Below are positions 38,372-49,061 of a DNA stretch of 64,000 bases, in pieces (positions within the stretch are counted from its first letter, which is position 1; each line of letters starts with the position of its first letter). The notes beneath the pieces were generated by a model. That model did not search any database and was not told the origin of the DNA. It saw only the letters and a program-made list of their open reading frames with translations. Source of the DNA: a virus (taxonomy: Duplodnaviria > Caudoviricetes); IMG/VR virus record IMGVR_UViG_3300028797_000135, positions 35,065 through 99,064 of that record. The stretch is one strand, 5' to 3'. The position numbers were made by a program, and so were the translations under genes.

Positions 38372-39106
38372 CTAAATTCCGTTATTGTTCTGTGAGATAT
38401 CTTCTTCGGGAACTGGATTTTCTGCAGGTTGTTCCATCGGAGTTTCTGTCGGGGTTTCCTCAACAGGTTCTTCCTCGACTGGATTTGGCGTCACCGCTGG
38501 TACTTTATACTGCTTTGCAGCCTTGATAATACTCATCCAGTTCGTCATCACAGCATTGAACGCAGCAAGAAGATGCTTGCATACCCTATTCTTGTGATGT
38601 GGGTCCCTTACATTAGGCGGGATGTCCTCACCGCCAGACGGTACACCTTCAACCGACTCATATCCAGCCAGATAGCTGTCGTAAACGTGTTTAAGATTGT
38701 ACTTCATGCCAGACCAGTTGAAGTCTGGGCATGTACAGAACACCTTCACATCACATGAACGCAACAAGCCAATCTTTGCGGCAGGAGTCATAGGACCCTG
38801 TGCCATGCTGAACAAAGTTCCTTTCTTGGGTATGAACTCGATATAGACATCATAGTTCTTGCCCTCGGTTGCCGAAGGTACGACAAAGTGGACAACAGCC
38901 TGACCGCTATCCTTGTTCATAGTCAGGTCGTTAAAATGGAAAGTGAGCGTCTTGCTCCTGTATTTACGGAGATTGTCGGCAGGCCCCGAAAGGTCCTTCA
39001 TGGTCGCCTCGAAGCATGCGTCATAAAGACGAGAAACGCTATTGTACTGGCGCCTGTTTAGACCAAGATTGCCTACCGCTTCCAAAAAGATTTTCTTCTC
39101 GTTCAT
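38372..39106 (-). CDS. SWIM-type zinc-finger protein with shared N-terminal leader motif
   Basis: KKIFLEAVGNLGLNRRQYNSVSRLYDACFEA; VFCTCPDF...VCKHLLA. Confidence 0.75.
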   Translation of the reverse strand: MNEKKIFLEAVGNLGLNRRQYNSVSRLYDACFEATMKDLSGPADNLRKYRSKTLTFHFNDLTMNKDSGQAVVHFVVPSATEGKNYDVYIEFIPKKGTLFSMAQGPMTPAAKIGLLRSCDVKVFCTCPDFNWSGMKYNLKHVYDSYLAGYESVEGVPSGGEDIPPNVRDPHHKNRVCKHLLAAFNAVMTNWMSIIKAAKQYKVPAVTPNPVEEEPVEETPTETPMEQPAENPVPEEDISQNNNGI

Positions 39107-39115
39107 ACATTCCAC

Positions 39116-41728
39116 CTAGCTAAAAAGCACTTCCGCATCATGGTTCTCCATGATGAAAATTCCATCCATGCCAGCCTTCTTCACATGGATTGCAACAAGG
39201 TCTACATCAAGTCGCACCAAGTTTCCAAAGAAATTGTTGTTGCGGGCTATCTTGTACACCTCATTGTTTCCGCCAGTGAACTGGTCAGCCAAAACATACG
39301 TGTAAGGATATCCGCCATGAGCAAGGATGTCCTCACGGAATGCAGTTATTGCTGCATCAGATACTGCACTCGGGTCAATAGAACCGCCCGATATCGTTTT
39401 CAACTGGGCCTTGAACATTCCTTGTCCACCAACACCATAAGGAAGGTTTCCAGAAAATGCGCCGCAAGCAATGTATTCATCAGCATTTTCCAACGGATTG
39501 ATGATATCGTAGAACTGCTTCAAATACTTCTTCGATACGGCAGCACTCCTCTCGGGCTTAACAGGATTATACACCCTTACGTTTGCAAAGTGGTCGTTGA
39601 CTGCGTTAGAAACAATCGGGTTTCTCTCGTAAGCACTTGCTGGATTCGTTGCAATAACAAGCGTATTTCTTGACACAGGAGTTTCCTCGCCATCCAACGC
39701 CATCTTGATTAACTTCAAGATATTCTTGATTAGCATCGGGTTGCTGGCAAATGAAGTCACCTTGCGAATACCCTTTTCGATAGAAGATATAAGGCCAAGA
39801 CCTTCTCCGCCAACCTGAGTTTCCTTAGTCCTGTCGCCTACAAGGAACTTCGACATCAAGCTTCCATTCTTGATTTCCTTTATCAGCTGGCGTTCCGCCT
39901 TATCTGCGTTTACCTCAACCAGTTTAAGGCGTTTCTCCAACAGCTTGTCCATAGCGCCGAGCTTGCCCTTTGAATTCTTGGATTTCTTGGCCTTGGTATA
40001 CTTCGATGTGTATTTCATCGCAATCGCCTTGAATATCGGATGGCGAATGTTGATAAACGGGATTCCGAACACTTCCGTATAAGGCTTGTTTATCTCGACG
40101 TGCGACTTGCTCAGGCCATATCCTGCTGGAATGTAAGCCCGAGTTGCAATATTCATTCCATGGTCGATACTTATCGTATCCTTAGCCTTGGCTGCGGTGT
40201 CGTCAGCCGTGTCGTGCCTATCAATAGGTTTCTGCGGGTTCATCAGCTCTTCGCAATAATGCTCGATTGCATTTGTCTGCGAAGCACGATAACCACGGCT
40301 CACCATACTGTCCACAACACGCTCAACATCCTCGTTGTCATAACTATTGTGATACTTTGCCGCAAGTTCATCCATCTTCTCGATGACAGCAGCATACAGG
40401 GCGGCAGCTTCTCCTTGGGAGTACGATTCCATGTTGAGGTTGATATCTTGCAGGTCAACACCAACCGTGCTTGCTCCGCATAACGTCCTCAGCATCTTGT
40501 AGAATGCCTCATAGTCGCCTTCTTCAACAACATGAAGCATTTCAGGATTGTCAGCCAATATTCTCTTGTATGCAACTAGATACTTGTCTTCTACATCACT
40601 AAGGTTCGGTCCGTATATCAGGCATGCAACAGCCACCGCCAGTTTAATCAACTCATCAACGCTGTCGTCAACGCTGTTTCCAACCTTCAATTCTCCAGAC
40701 TGTCCTGTACTGCCCAAATACTGGATGATAAACCCATTTTCAACCATGACTCTCGCCTTGGTGTAGCCAAAGCCCTGAATAACAAATACACCACCATCAG
40801 AACTCTTATCGTACAGTTCCTTGCAATAAAAGATGATATCTATGGCTTCAAATGTTTTATCGGTATTCCTTTTTATGTACGAGATAATCTCAGACACAAT
40901 GATAGCCAAGGCCCGCTGGCTTCCAGCAACCACGATAGCCTTTACGAACTGAATAAAGGAATCGCAAGCCTCACTACATAGCGTTGAATCATACTTCTTT
41001 TGAATAGTTTTCATTGCAGCAGGGTCTACCGCATTTAGAAACTCAACAACCTCGGAAGGCTTTACACCACTATCCTTCATTGACTGTGTCAATATCTTAG
41101 CAAGAGGAATGTCGGTAGATGGCTCTTTTTCCTTGGCCTGTGCCCTTTCAGGCTTAGTATCTTCATTAACCTTAGGGCGTTCCTTCCTATGAGGATTAGC
41201 ATTCCGCAACGACAGTTCCCCGTTGCCGCCACCCCCTTGTTTCTGTGAAGCCGACCCTTCATTTGATGTCTTCGGGGTTTCCTCAACTTTCTGTTCAGAG
41301 TTGGGATTCCCTCCCGCTGACAATGCAGCTGCACTTTGTTCTTCCTGTTGTTTAACAGCTTGTTCTGCCTGTTGTTCAGCACTTTGTTCTTCCTTTGGCT
41401 TCACTTTTGGTTCTGGCAATCTTTCTTCAACTTCACTAACAGTAGGGTCAACATCATCGTCATCGTCATTAGAATCAAGCCCAAAGATAAAACCTACATC
41501 TTCATCCTTAGGCTCTTCGCTACTGAAGTGTTCCAACACCGCCGCTTCCTCTGCGTCGCTCATTTCATCAATCGCAACTGTCTTGTCCCCGTCCCCATCA
41601 AGGCCAAAAACCATGTTCAAAAAATCCTCTCCAACCCCGATATCGTCGTCAGAAGCATCAGTATTGGTAGGCCCAACATTTTGGAGGGGTTTAGACTCTT
41701 CAACATTTACGTCGTTTTCTAGTGACAT
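39116..41728 (-). CDS. 870-aa hypothetical protein with acidic disordered N-terminus
   Basis: Long ORF with late box upstream. Confidence 0.8.
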   Translation of the reverse strand: MSLENDVNVEESKPLQNVGPTNTDASDDDIGVGEDFLNMVFGLDGDGDKTVAIDEMSDAEEAAVLEHFSSEEPKDEDVGFIFGLDSNDDDDDVDPTVSEVEERLPEPKVKPKEEQSAEQQAEQAVKQQEEQSAAALSAGGNPNSEQKVEETPKTSNEGSASQKQGGGGNGELSLRNANPHRKERPKVNEDTKPERAQAKEKEPSTDIPLAKILTQSMKDSGVKPSEVVEFLNAVDPAAMKTIQKKYDSTLCSEACDSFIQFVKAIVVAGSQRALAIIVSEIISYIKRNTDKTFEAIDIIFYCKELYDKSSDGGVFVIQGFGYTKARVMVENGFIIQYLGSTGQSGELKVGNSVDDSVDELIKLAVAVACLIYGPNLSDVEDKYLVAYKRILADNPEMLHVVEEGDYEAFYKMLRTLCGASTVGVDLQDINLNMESYSQGEAAALYAAVIEKMDELAAKYHNSYDNEDVERVVDSMVSRGYRASQTNAIEHYCEELMNPQKPIDRHDTADDTAAKAKDTISIDHGMNIATRAYIPAGYGLSKSHVEINKPYTEVFGIPFINIRHPIFKAIAMKYTSKYTKAKKSKNSKGKLGAMDKLLEKRLKLVEVNADKAERQLIKEIKNGSLMSKFLVGDRTKETQVGGEGLGLISSIEKGIRKVTSFASNPMLIKNILKLIKMALDGEETPVSRNTLVIATNPASAYERNPIVSNAVNDHFANVRVYNPVKPERSAAVSKKYLKQFYDIINPLENADEYIACGAFSGNLPYGVGGQGMFKAQLKTISGGSIDPSAVSDAAITAFREDILAHGGYPYTYVLADQFTGGNNEVYKIARNNNFFGNLVRLDVDLVAIHVKKAGMDGIFIMENHDAEVLFS

Positions 41729-41754
41729 AGTACAGCAATCGGATAATTTACCTA

Positions 41755-41763
41755 TAGTTTATA
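41755..41763 (-). promoter_or_regulatory. putative late promoter box TATAAACTA
   Basis: 26 nt upstream of ATG 41728. Confidence 0.65.
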
Positions 41764-41810
41764 ATGCAGCTAGACACCATTTGATTCAAATCATCGAGTT
41801 TACCGAATAC

Positions 41811-41844
41811 AAAAAGAGCCACCGTCATAATAACGGTGGCTCTA
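41811..41844 (-). terminator. terminator
   Basis: Minus strand AGAGCCACCGTTA-TTA-TGACGGTGGCTCTTTTT. Confidence 0.8.
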
Positions 41845-41862
41845 CTATATAAGTCTGGATTA

Positions 41863-44800
41863 TCAGTTGATATTTAGGGTTTGTTTTACGTTATACGGGA
41901 GGTTCGTCTTGACATAGTTAGCGAATGCATCCCTATTCTTTACCTCAACGCCTCCTACCCTCTTAGTCATGTAATGGTCTCTGAGATATTGGATAGCGTC
42001 ATCAAACGTCGGCGTACTGGTTGTTTTTTTGTACGCTTCGATAAGAGGCTTAGCGATATTCCAGTTGTGTTCCTTCAAGATATCATCGAGGACAGGCTTG
42101 TATCCACTTGTTGGAGATATCATGTCAAGCAACTTGGTTGCATCCTCGGGAGATAGCTTAATCTTTCCATCTACGTTCGGCTTACCATTTGGGCTCGGCT
42201 TGCTCTTTAACGTGAGGTATCTCTTGACATCATCTGCACCTACATATCCTGACCACTTAGACAATGTATCCACGATAAGTTTCAGGCTGTTCGTGGCATC
42301 CATATCCAAGCTTGCGATGGTAATGTTTGCAGCCGCTTCATGTCCACCCTTGCGCACGTTTTCTGGTGTAACAAGGTCGTAATGGAATTGCTGCGCCGTG
42401 CTGATAAAGTCATCAGGCAGAATGTCTAGGATTTCAGCGTATTTTTCAGGGTCCTTCTTTATGCCATTCGGGCCCAACTCTTCCAAGTCAAGAGCTATCG
42501 TATCGAAATACTTCTTCATCAACGGGTCGCTCATGTAGCCACCCACACGACGAAGGGTTCTGTTTGGAGCAAAATCACCATTATAGTTGCTTGCTCTCCA
42601 CACACAGTATGACACGAGAGACTTCATGAGCAGAGAACCCGAGCATCCCTCATACAACTCTTTCAGGATGTGCAACTTCTGCTTAACGTCCGCTGGTATT
42701 CCACCCTTACCAAGACCGTCATACTGTTCATGCCATCCATTCAACTTCGCTAGAACGGCGTTCAATGTTTCACCGCCAAAATCGAAGCCAGACAGCTTGT
42801 TTGCAGACTGGAATCTCTGGAATGGGATATCCTTCTTCGATGGAGCCAATCCATAAATAGAAGCAATCGTGTACTTGTATAATGTATGCTGTTTATTATC
42901 CTTACCAACATATTTCTGGGCATCAACCGACTTTACAACCCTAGGGTAAACTTCGTTACCGACAGTAATGACAAGTTTATCGTTCTCATTCAATATAACG
43001 TTAGTTGTGATAATCATGTCACCACCAGCATCATTCTGGATAACGTTCAACGTTCCTGTCAGAGTGATGTCGGTTCCTGTCGTACGACTACCTTTCTTAC
43101 CCATATCCGTAATGAGTTTATGGGCAGCACCCACATCGATTGGCTTGTCGCTAATAATATCATCGATAAGCTCATCCGTACGGTTTTGAGCAAATTGCTC
43201 TTTGCCACGCATAATATTCAATGCAGATTTTGTCGGGTCGTTATTGCTTGAAGGGTCCTTATCATCGTCGCCAGAAGTCTTCACGTTCGATGCTGCCGCA
43301 CTAGCTTTAATCTTGCCCATAAAGTCCATATAAGCGTTGAAATCAGCAATCTCCAATTCAGCAGTGAGATTCGTAAACTTGGTCATCAGATTTTGCTGGA
43401 TGATTTCCGCAGAACCGTACTTCACGTACTCACCTTGTGCCGCCAATTTATCTATAAACGTCTTAACGTCGCTTGGCATCTTAGACCTAGCATTCACGAT
43501 ATCACATGCCGCCTTGTACAACAGCATTATCAATTCGTTTTTGCGGTATTCAACCATTTTAGCAATATCGGCTGGCTTGGTTCCGTTGGCGTCAAGTTTG
43601 TAATTGCAGAACAACTTATAGTCGTCCTTAATATTATCAAACCTGCTCAACATGGCCTTAGCTCTACCATCAGCGTCGAGATTCTTTATATTTGCCACGT
43701 CGAGTTCCGTGTTATTTGCATATCTAACAACACGGTTTCCTTGGCCAACTTCAGATAGATATTTCTGATAGTCTTGCTCGGCGGTCTCGATGTCAATCTG
43801 CTTGCTAAGGGCATTCATTTGTTTCCTGAGTTCATCAGTATGCACCGTAGCCAAAGCAAGCGCAACAGGAGACACAGTCTTATCGATGACTTCATTGCGT
43901 CCAGTAAGCGAACCTTGTTTACCGAGCTTTTTCTCGTTATTCTCATCTACTCCTACGCCAAATCCGAGGGACTTCCTAGATTGATATACAGAGCGGTTTT
44001 CAGCCTTGATTAGTTCCTCATAATAAGCATAGGCACTGATAAGTCTAGCATTATTGTTTACAAGGACGTTCATCGGGTTAGCCACCACCTGCTTCATTAC
44101 CTTAGCAAGGGTTTGTGTAACAATCTCATCCTTGGGTGAAAGTTCATTGGATTGCAATCCGTTATATACACGAGTAAATGTAGTATGCAGCGACTCAAAA
44201 TACTTGTTTTCAAGCACCTTTTGTTTCTGCACCTCGTTGTTAAGCGTATTCTGCGTACGCTCCTGCCTTTCAATAGTCCCCTTAGGACCAGAATAAGCAC
44301 CGATGTCATTGTAGCTGTCGGCAAAAGCCATCAAGCCATCAAAGTATGCCTTCACCGCATTCAGGTTAAGCGACGCTCCATTGTACTTAAATGGAGATGT
44401 AACACCAGGCTCGCATTCAAACAGCTTACCAACCGTACCGTTTTCGTATGTCTTTTTGATTTTCTGTTCCAAGTCACCAAAATTGATATTGGCCTTACTA
44501 GCAATCTGGTCACGCAGGTCATGCTTGTTGTAATGCGATTCCAACATTTGAAGTTCATTCGCCCACAACTCACGAACAGTCTTCGTGTCCAACCGAGCAA
44601 TGCCGTTAGAATCAGTACCATAATCAATGGAGAGACATGATTTTGGCACAGACTTGTACAGCCTGTACATCATAGCATTTATGCCCTCAGCACCGAATGC
44701 CTTATTCAGGGTTGTCATGCTCTGATTTGTATTATCTTCTATACCGTACAGGCAGAAGTCAATAAGGGCATTGCCAGCATCATTAAACCATTTTGCCGCC

Positions 44801-47800
44801 TTCCTATCAAACGGGACATATGGAACCTTTTCGGCAGCCTCATCAAGAGACACCCCATTCAAGTCATTGACAATCGCATTGGCGTTCTGTGCAACAAGAT
44901 TGGCTACACGAGACACATAATCTGGGTCATTATCAATCTTTTCCTGAATAGCTGAATACAGGTCGGCATCACGTTTAGCAACTTCCACTTTGAACCTATT
45001 AAGCTCCATGTCTACATCTTCGCCAGACGCAGCATTTTGAAGTTGTGCCACAGCGTCCATCTTCATCTGCCAGTCCTTTTCGAAGTTCTGGTTAAATGCC
45101 GATGCAAGGTTCTCAGGATTACAGCTGGTGTTGAGACCATTGTTCTCGAAAGCGGAACTGGTAGCATACCTCATCATCAAGCTTCCCATTGCTGGTATAA
45201 GCTTTTTATCGGTATCGTTATATGCTCCCTTTCTAACAACGTCGTACAAGCATTTCTTGACCGATGGTTCCAATTCGTCAGAAACAACACCATTATCGTT
45301 GGTAAAAGCTTCCATTCGGATAGAGTTGTCACTCAAATCAGGTTCCGTAGCAACAGCCTTGTCAGCCACTGCCCAGAACTTGTTAACAAAGTCCTTAAAG
45401 CTAGTATACTCAATTCTTTGTACCGCAGGGATGATGTTGAGCGAAATCAGGTTGTTAGCGCTCATTTCGTGCAACTTATTCACTATACCGTCTTTCAACC
45501 TACGGCCATCTTCCAACGTCAGGGTTCTGGCATCGGCACCACCAAACAGGTCCTCGTAGGCTTCATCGAACGCATTGCGTATCGCCTTGGCATTCTCATT
45601 GCCAATTCCTTCACCACCAACTTCGGCATTGGATTCAGCGTCGAAGTTTGCTTCGCCTTCATCGTCCGTCGGATAGGTTTGTGCATCCTCGGAATATTTT
45701 CCACCGCCAAACCGTGTTGCGTCACCTTCCAATCTACGATTGCGAAGACGCTCGTCAACGTCATCTTCGTCGGCAAACTCAGAGGACGTTCCATTAAGGG
45801 CGGCGTCCGCTCTCAATACGTTGCGGAAATTCCAGTTGGTCAGGTCCCACTTACTAGATGGAGAAACTACTTTAAGGATATTGATTACATCCCACCCACT
45901 GTAATCCTCAACCGTTTTGTCAAGGTTGTACATATCGCTCAAATGGCGAATGAGAGTGCCACCTACACTAGAAGTGGATTCGAAAGCAAATTTGCCGCTC
46001 TGCTTGTCGTAAGATTCAACCGACATGCCTACACCGCCCAAGAACGGCTGAATGATTTCATGTTGCTCAGTCGGGTCTTGGAACTCATTGGATATCACAG
46101 TTTGGAGTACACGAATTGCACCCTTCCTACCAGACATACCCTCCACTGGGCCTGGGTTCCACACCTGGTTATCTTTCTTCATGTTCCTCAATGCTTCCAG
46201 CACCTTGGCATAAGATTTGTTCGCTTCATCTGTGTCGAATTTAACTCTACCGACCTTGCGATACCTCACTACGGCAGTACCGTATTTACCAATCGGAGAG
46301 TTCATCAAATCAGATACACTCGAATACCTCATAGGTTTTCCATCACGCACCAAACCCATGCAATATGTATTCGGGTTCTCGGTACGGACAATCGTATCAT
46401 CGTCATTCTCCTGCATAGCAGCAAAAGCGATACCACGAGGAATAGAAATGAAATAGGTATGACCATTCGTCGAGACCTTACGGGAAATGACGTTTTCAAA
46501 ATTAGTATTGTCAAGCGTATCGTAAATACCGTCAGTAACAGCCATATCATGGTGTTTACCATCAAAGGTATCATACACTATTCTCGACGGAGCCGATGGA
46601 TTGAGTGCTTTAACCACTCTCCAGAACTTGGCAATAAACTCCCTAGCACTACCGAACTTTAGTCTTTGTATATTAGGAACAACGTTGACCGTAAGCTCGT
46701 TGTTCGCATCCAATGCTTTCAACTTGCTTATGATAAGGTCTTTCAACTTGATGGCAGATTTCAATTTCAAGTTTTTAGCGTTGGCATTGCCAAACAGCTC
46801 ACTATAAGCCTCTTGATAAGCGTTACTTATCGCCTTGACATTCTCATCACTAAGTCTTTCCCCACCAACTTCGGCATCTGGGTCCTTAACTACATCACCT
46901 TCGCCAATCACCATATCCTTGTTTGACTCGGCAATCATATCATAGCCAGTCATTTCACGGTCGGTGTTAGCTTGCCTCAATGAGTCACCCTTTGCGACAG
47001 GGACTACCTGTACCTCCCGCTTATCCGAATTGTTCTCTGGCGGTTTTGCAAGGAGCAGCTCGTCCAATGAGCTTTCACCCGTCTCAGACACCCAGCTACT
47101 GCCCCACTTCTTGAAGATATTGTTAAGGCCAGCACCAAGGCACCCATGAATAACATTCGGGTCTTTCAATATAGCGACAAGCTCTTTTGAGGTAATGTCA
47201 AGAATCTTATTGTCACCGTCACCTTCAAGGTCAGTCAAACGGTCCGCAATGCTATCATACCCACAATTTTTCAGCACATTTCTGAAGGCATCCGCTGTCG
47301 ATGGGGTCAATGCCAACACGTCAATCGTAAACTGCGGATATACATATATTTCAGACAAGTTCGAGCTATTGATTCTGAACGGGTCTATCATTCTCAAACT
47401 ACGCTGACGCATGTTGTAATAAGAATGCTTGTTAGTCAAGCTTCCAGTAGAGCTAGCTGGCAACCGCTCTGCCGCAGTCTTTGCGATAGTATGTGCAGGC
47501 ATGTCCAGCAACTCGTGCATTTTAACCTTCTCGGTATCGTCGTCAGTTGCTTCACCTGTAATCTTTCTGGAATTTTCGAACATGTGGAACATGTACCCAA
47601 TATATGCAGCATACAGTAAGCCATCCCTAGAAAGACTAGCACCCCTTCGCACAAACTTGTAGATTGTCTCCAGATGTTCTTCGGTCACGTCAAGGTATTT
47701 TTCCTGCGTATCACGAATAGCCCTGTCATTATCTAGCGGCCTGACATTAGCCCTTCCACGTTCATCGAACGTCGTTTCTGTACTGCTCACTGCGGTCTTG

Positions 47801-48210
47801 CCCAATTCAGTGCCCATAAGCAGATTGAACCACTTGAACACTTGCGGGCCGTCCGTCAATTTCGAAAGCACAGGATACCTACTCTGATATTTTTCCAGTG
47901 AGTTGGCATCCTCTTTCGAGAAGAACATGCTTTCGTCCGTCTTTTCCGTCAGAAGACCCTTAGCAAGGTCCTGCAAGAATTTACGATGATAATCCTTGTT
48001 GTCGTTTTTATAGTATTCCTGCAATGCCCATTCAAACGTGATGGGTTCATTCTTGGCTACCTTATCCTTAATAACTTGCGTATCAATGTTCTGAACACCG
48101 TCCATCGGAAACACGCACTTTTTCAGCCTATCAAAGTCAACGTTTGCCTCACGAATGATGGCCTTGTCGTTCGCTGTCATCGCTTCGAGCATGATTTTCT
48201 GCATATTCAT
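41863..48210 (-). CDS. 2115-aa orphan protein with an internally duplicated ~90-aa domain
   Basis: Long ORF; AEVGGE...ENxKAIxNAxxEAYxxLFG...KFW occurs twice. Confidence 0.85.
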   Translation of the reverse strand: MNMQKIMLEAMTANDKAIIREANVDFDRLKKCVFPMDGVQNIDTQVIKDKVAKNEPITFEWALQEYYKNDNKDYHRKFLQDLAKGLLTEKTDESMFFSKEDANSLEKYQSRYPVLSKLTDGPQVFKWFNLLMGTELGKTAVSSTETTFDERGRANVRPLDNDRAIRDTQEKYLDVTEEHLETIYKFVRRGASLSRDGLLYAAYIGYMFHMFENSRKITGEATDDDTEKVKMHELLDMPAHTIAKTAAERLPASSTGSLTNKHSYYNMRQRSLRMIDPFRINSSNLSEIYVYPQFTIDVLALTPSTADAFRNVLKNCGYDSIADRLTDLEGDGDNKILDITSKELVAILKDPNVIHGCLGAGLNNIFKKWGSSWVSETGESSLDELLLAKPPENNSDKREVQVVPVAKGDSLRQANTDREMTGYDMIAESNKDMVIGEGDVVKDPDAEVGGERLSDENVKAISNAYQEAYSELFGNANAKNLKLKSAIKLKDLIISKLKALDANNELTVNVVPNIQRLKFGSAREFIAKFWRVVKALNPSAPSRIVYDTFDGKHHDMAVTDGIYDTLDNTNFENVISRKVSTNGHTYFISIPRGIAFAAMQENDDDTIVRTENPNTYCMGLVRDGKPMRYSSVSDLMNSPIGKYGTAVVRYRKVGRVKFDTDEANKSYAKVLEALRNMKKDNQVWNPGPVEGMSGRKGAIRVLQTVISNEFQDPTEQHEIIQPFLGGVGMSVESYDKQSGKFAFESTSSVGGTLIRHLSDMYNLDKTVEDYSGWDVINILKVVSPSSKWDLTNWNFRNVLRADAALNGTSSEFADEDDVDERLRNRRLEGDATRFGGGKYSEDAQTYPTDDEGEANFDAESNAEVGGEGIGNENAKAIRNAFDEAYEDLFGGADARTLTLEDGRRLKDGIVNKLHEMSANNLISLNIIPAVQRIEYTSFKDFVNKFWAVADKAVATEPDLSDNSIRMEAFTNDNGVVSDELEPSVKKCLYDVVRKGAYNDTDKKLIPAMGSLMMRYATSSAFENNGLNTSCNPENLASAFNQNFEKDWQMKMDAVAQLQNAASGEDVDMELNRFKVEVAKRDADLYSAIQEKIDNDPDYVSRVANLVAQNANAIVNDLNGVSLDEAAEKVPYVPFDRKAAKWFNDAGNALIDFCLYGIEDNTNQSMTTLNKAFGAEGINAMMYRLYKSVPKSCLSIDYGTDSNGIARLDTKTVRELWANELQMLESHYNKHDLRDQIASKANINFGDLEQKIKKTYENGTVGKLFECEPGVTSPFKYNGASLNLNAVKAYFDGLMAFADSYNDIGAYSGPKGTIERQERTQNTLNNEVQKQKVLENKYFESLHTTFTRVYNGLQSNELSPKDEIVTQTLAKVMKQVVANPMNVLVNNNARLISAYAYYEELIKAENRSVYQSRKSLGFGVGVDENNEKKLGKQGSLTGRNEVIDKTVSPVALALATVHTDELRKQMNALSKQIDIETAEQDYQKYLSEVGQGNRVVRYANNTELDVANIKNLDADGRAKAMLSRFDNIKDDYKLFCNYKLDANGTKPADIAKMVEYRKNELIMLLYKAACDIVNARSKMPSDVKTFIDKLAAQGEYVKYGSAEIIQQNLMTKFTNLTAELEIADFNAYMDFMGKIKASAAASNVKTSGDDDKDPSSNNDPTKSALNIMRGKEQFAQNRTDELIDDIISDKPIDVGAAHKLITDMGKKGSRTTGTDITLTGTLNVIQNDAGGDMIITTNVILNENDKLVITVGNEVYPRVVKSVDAQKYVGKDNKQHTLYKYTIASIYGLAPSKKDIPFQRFQSANKLSGFDFGGETLNAVLAKLNGWHEQYDGLGKGGIPADVKQKLHILKELYEGCSGSLLMKSLVSYCVWRASNYNGDFAPNRTLRRVGGYMSDPLMKKYFDTIALDLEELGPNGIKKDPEKYAEILDILPDDFISTAQQFHYDLVTPENVRKGGHEAAANITIASLDMDATNSLKLIVDTLSKWSGYVGADDVKRYLTLKSKPSPNGKPNVDGKIKLSPEDATKLLDMISPTSGYKPVLDDILKEHNWNIAKPLIEAYKKTTSTPTFDDAIQYLRDHYMTKRVGGVEVKNRDAFANYVKTNLPYNVKQTLNIN

Positions 48211-48244
48211 ACTAAAATCCCTATGATGGAATCATTTTCACATA

Positions 48245-48253
48245 TAGTTTATA
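48245..48253 (-). promoter_or_regulatory. putative late promoter box TATAAACTA
   Basis: 34 nt upstream of ATG 48210. Confidence 0.65.
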
Positions 48254-48277
48254 TAACGACATTAAAACATATATCAC

Positions 48278-48303
48278 AAAAAGCGGGAAATCTTCCCGCT
48301 TTA
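48278..48303 (-). terminator. terminator
   Basis: AAAAAGCGGGAA-ATC-TTCCCGCTTT. Confidence 0.8.
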
Positions 48304-48329
48304 TACAATCTACTCTATCTGACCGCCAT

Positions 48330-49058
48330 TCACGGTTCGAGATGAACGACTTCACACCTGCTAGGCTCATTACGAATAGGGAAATTGTGCTCCCTTATCA
48401 AGTCCACATAAGTCTGCAAGGATTCCCGATAGTCCTGATGGGAATCGCTATCACCACCAACCTTGCCGTTTAGCAGGGTTTCACACGTAAGGGCAACTTT
48501 ATGTTTCAAGTGTTCGCATACAAGTCCTAGATACTGGTCTTCATTACCCCAAGTGGTAAAGCGTTGTTCAAAGAATACCCCATTATTGAATGCAATAACA
48601 TCCAATATAGCCGATACCCTCATGATAAACCCACAGGAGTAGAACGGATTGCACAGCGTTCCCGTATCAACGATAGTGGCACCTTCCAACGGAACATAGA
48701 TTTTAGTGTGTCTTGCGTCGTTTCCGCAGGAGTACAACATACAGTGTATGTCGTATTTTTCCATCAGACGCAGTACACTGTCTGGATTGTAGGTAGTCGG
48801 GAAACGGTCTCCATCAAAGAACTCCACATAGTCATCAGGGTTCGGTTTAAACGTGGAAAGTACCTTTTGTAACCCAGCATTTCTGTTGGCTCCCCTGTTT
48901 CCTGCTACTGGCATACACACATGGGAACAACCATGAGCGTTACACTCGTCGATATCTTCCTGTATCGGGTCATCAAAGACAAACACGGTAGAACACCCGC
49001 TAGGAAACTTGCGGATGTTCTCGGTTTGATGATGTGATAGAACTACTCTGTAAATCAT
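48330..49058 (-). CDS. glycosyltransferase, GT-A fold (GT2-like)
   Basis: VFVFDD, ANRNAGL, FFDGD (DxD), YSCGFIMR, FEQRFTTWGNED. Confidence 0.8.
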   Translation of the reverse strand: MIYRVVLSHHQTENIRKFPSGCSTVFVFDDPIQEDIDECNAHGCSHVCMPVAGNRGANRNAGLQKVLSTFKPNPDDYVEFFDGDRFPTTYNPDSVLRLMEKYDIHCMLYSCGNDARHTKIYVPLEGATIVDTGTLCNPFYSCGFIMRVSAILDVIAFNNGVFFEQRFTTWGNEDQYLGLVCEHLKHKVALTCETLLNGKVGGDSDSHQDYRESLQTYVDLIREHNFPIRNEPSRCEVVHLEP

Positions 49059-49061
49059 ATC

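Noticed and set aside
45037-46662. 541-aa plus-strand ORF and other long antisense ORFs (55-690, 7543-8388, 22315-23211)
   Set aside because: They lie antisense to well-supported genes, have atypical composition and lack SD or promoter; codon bias explains them.
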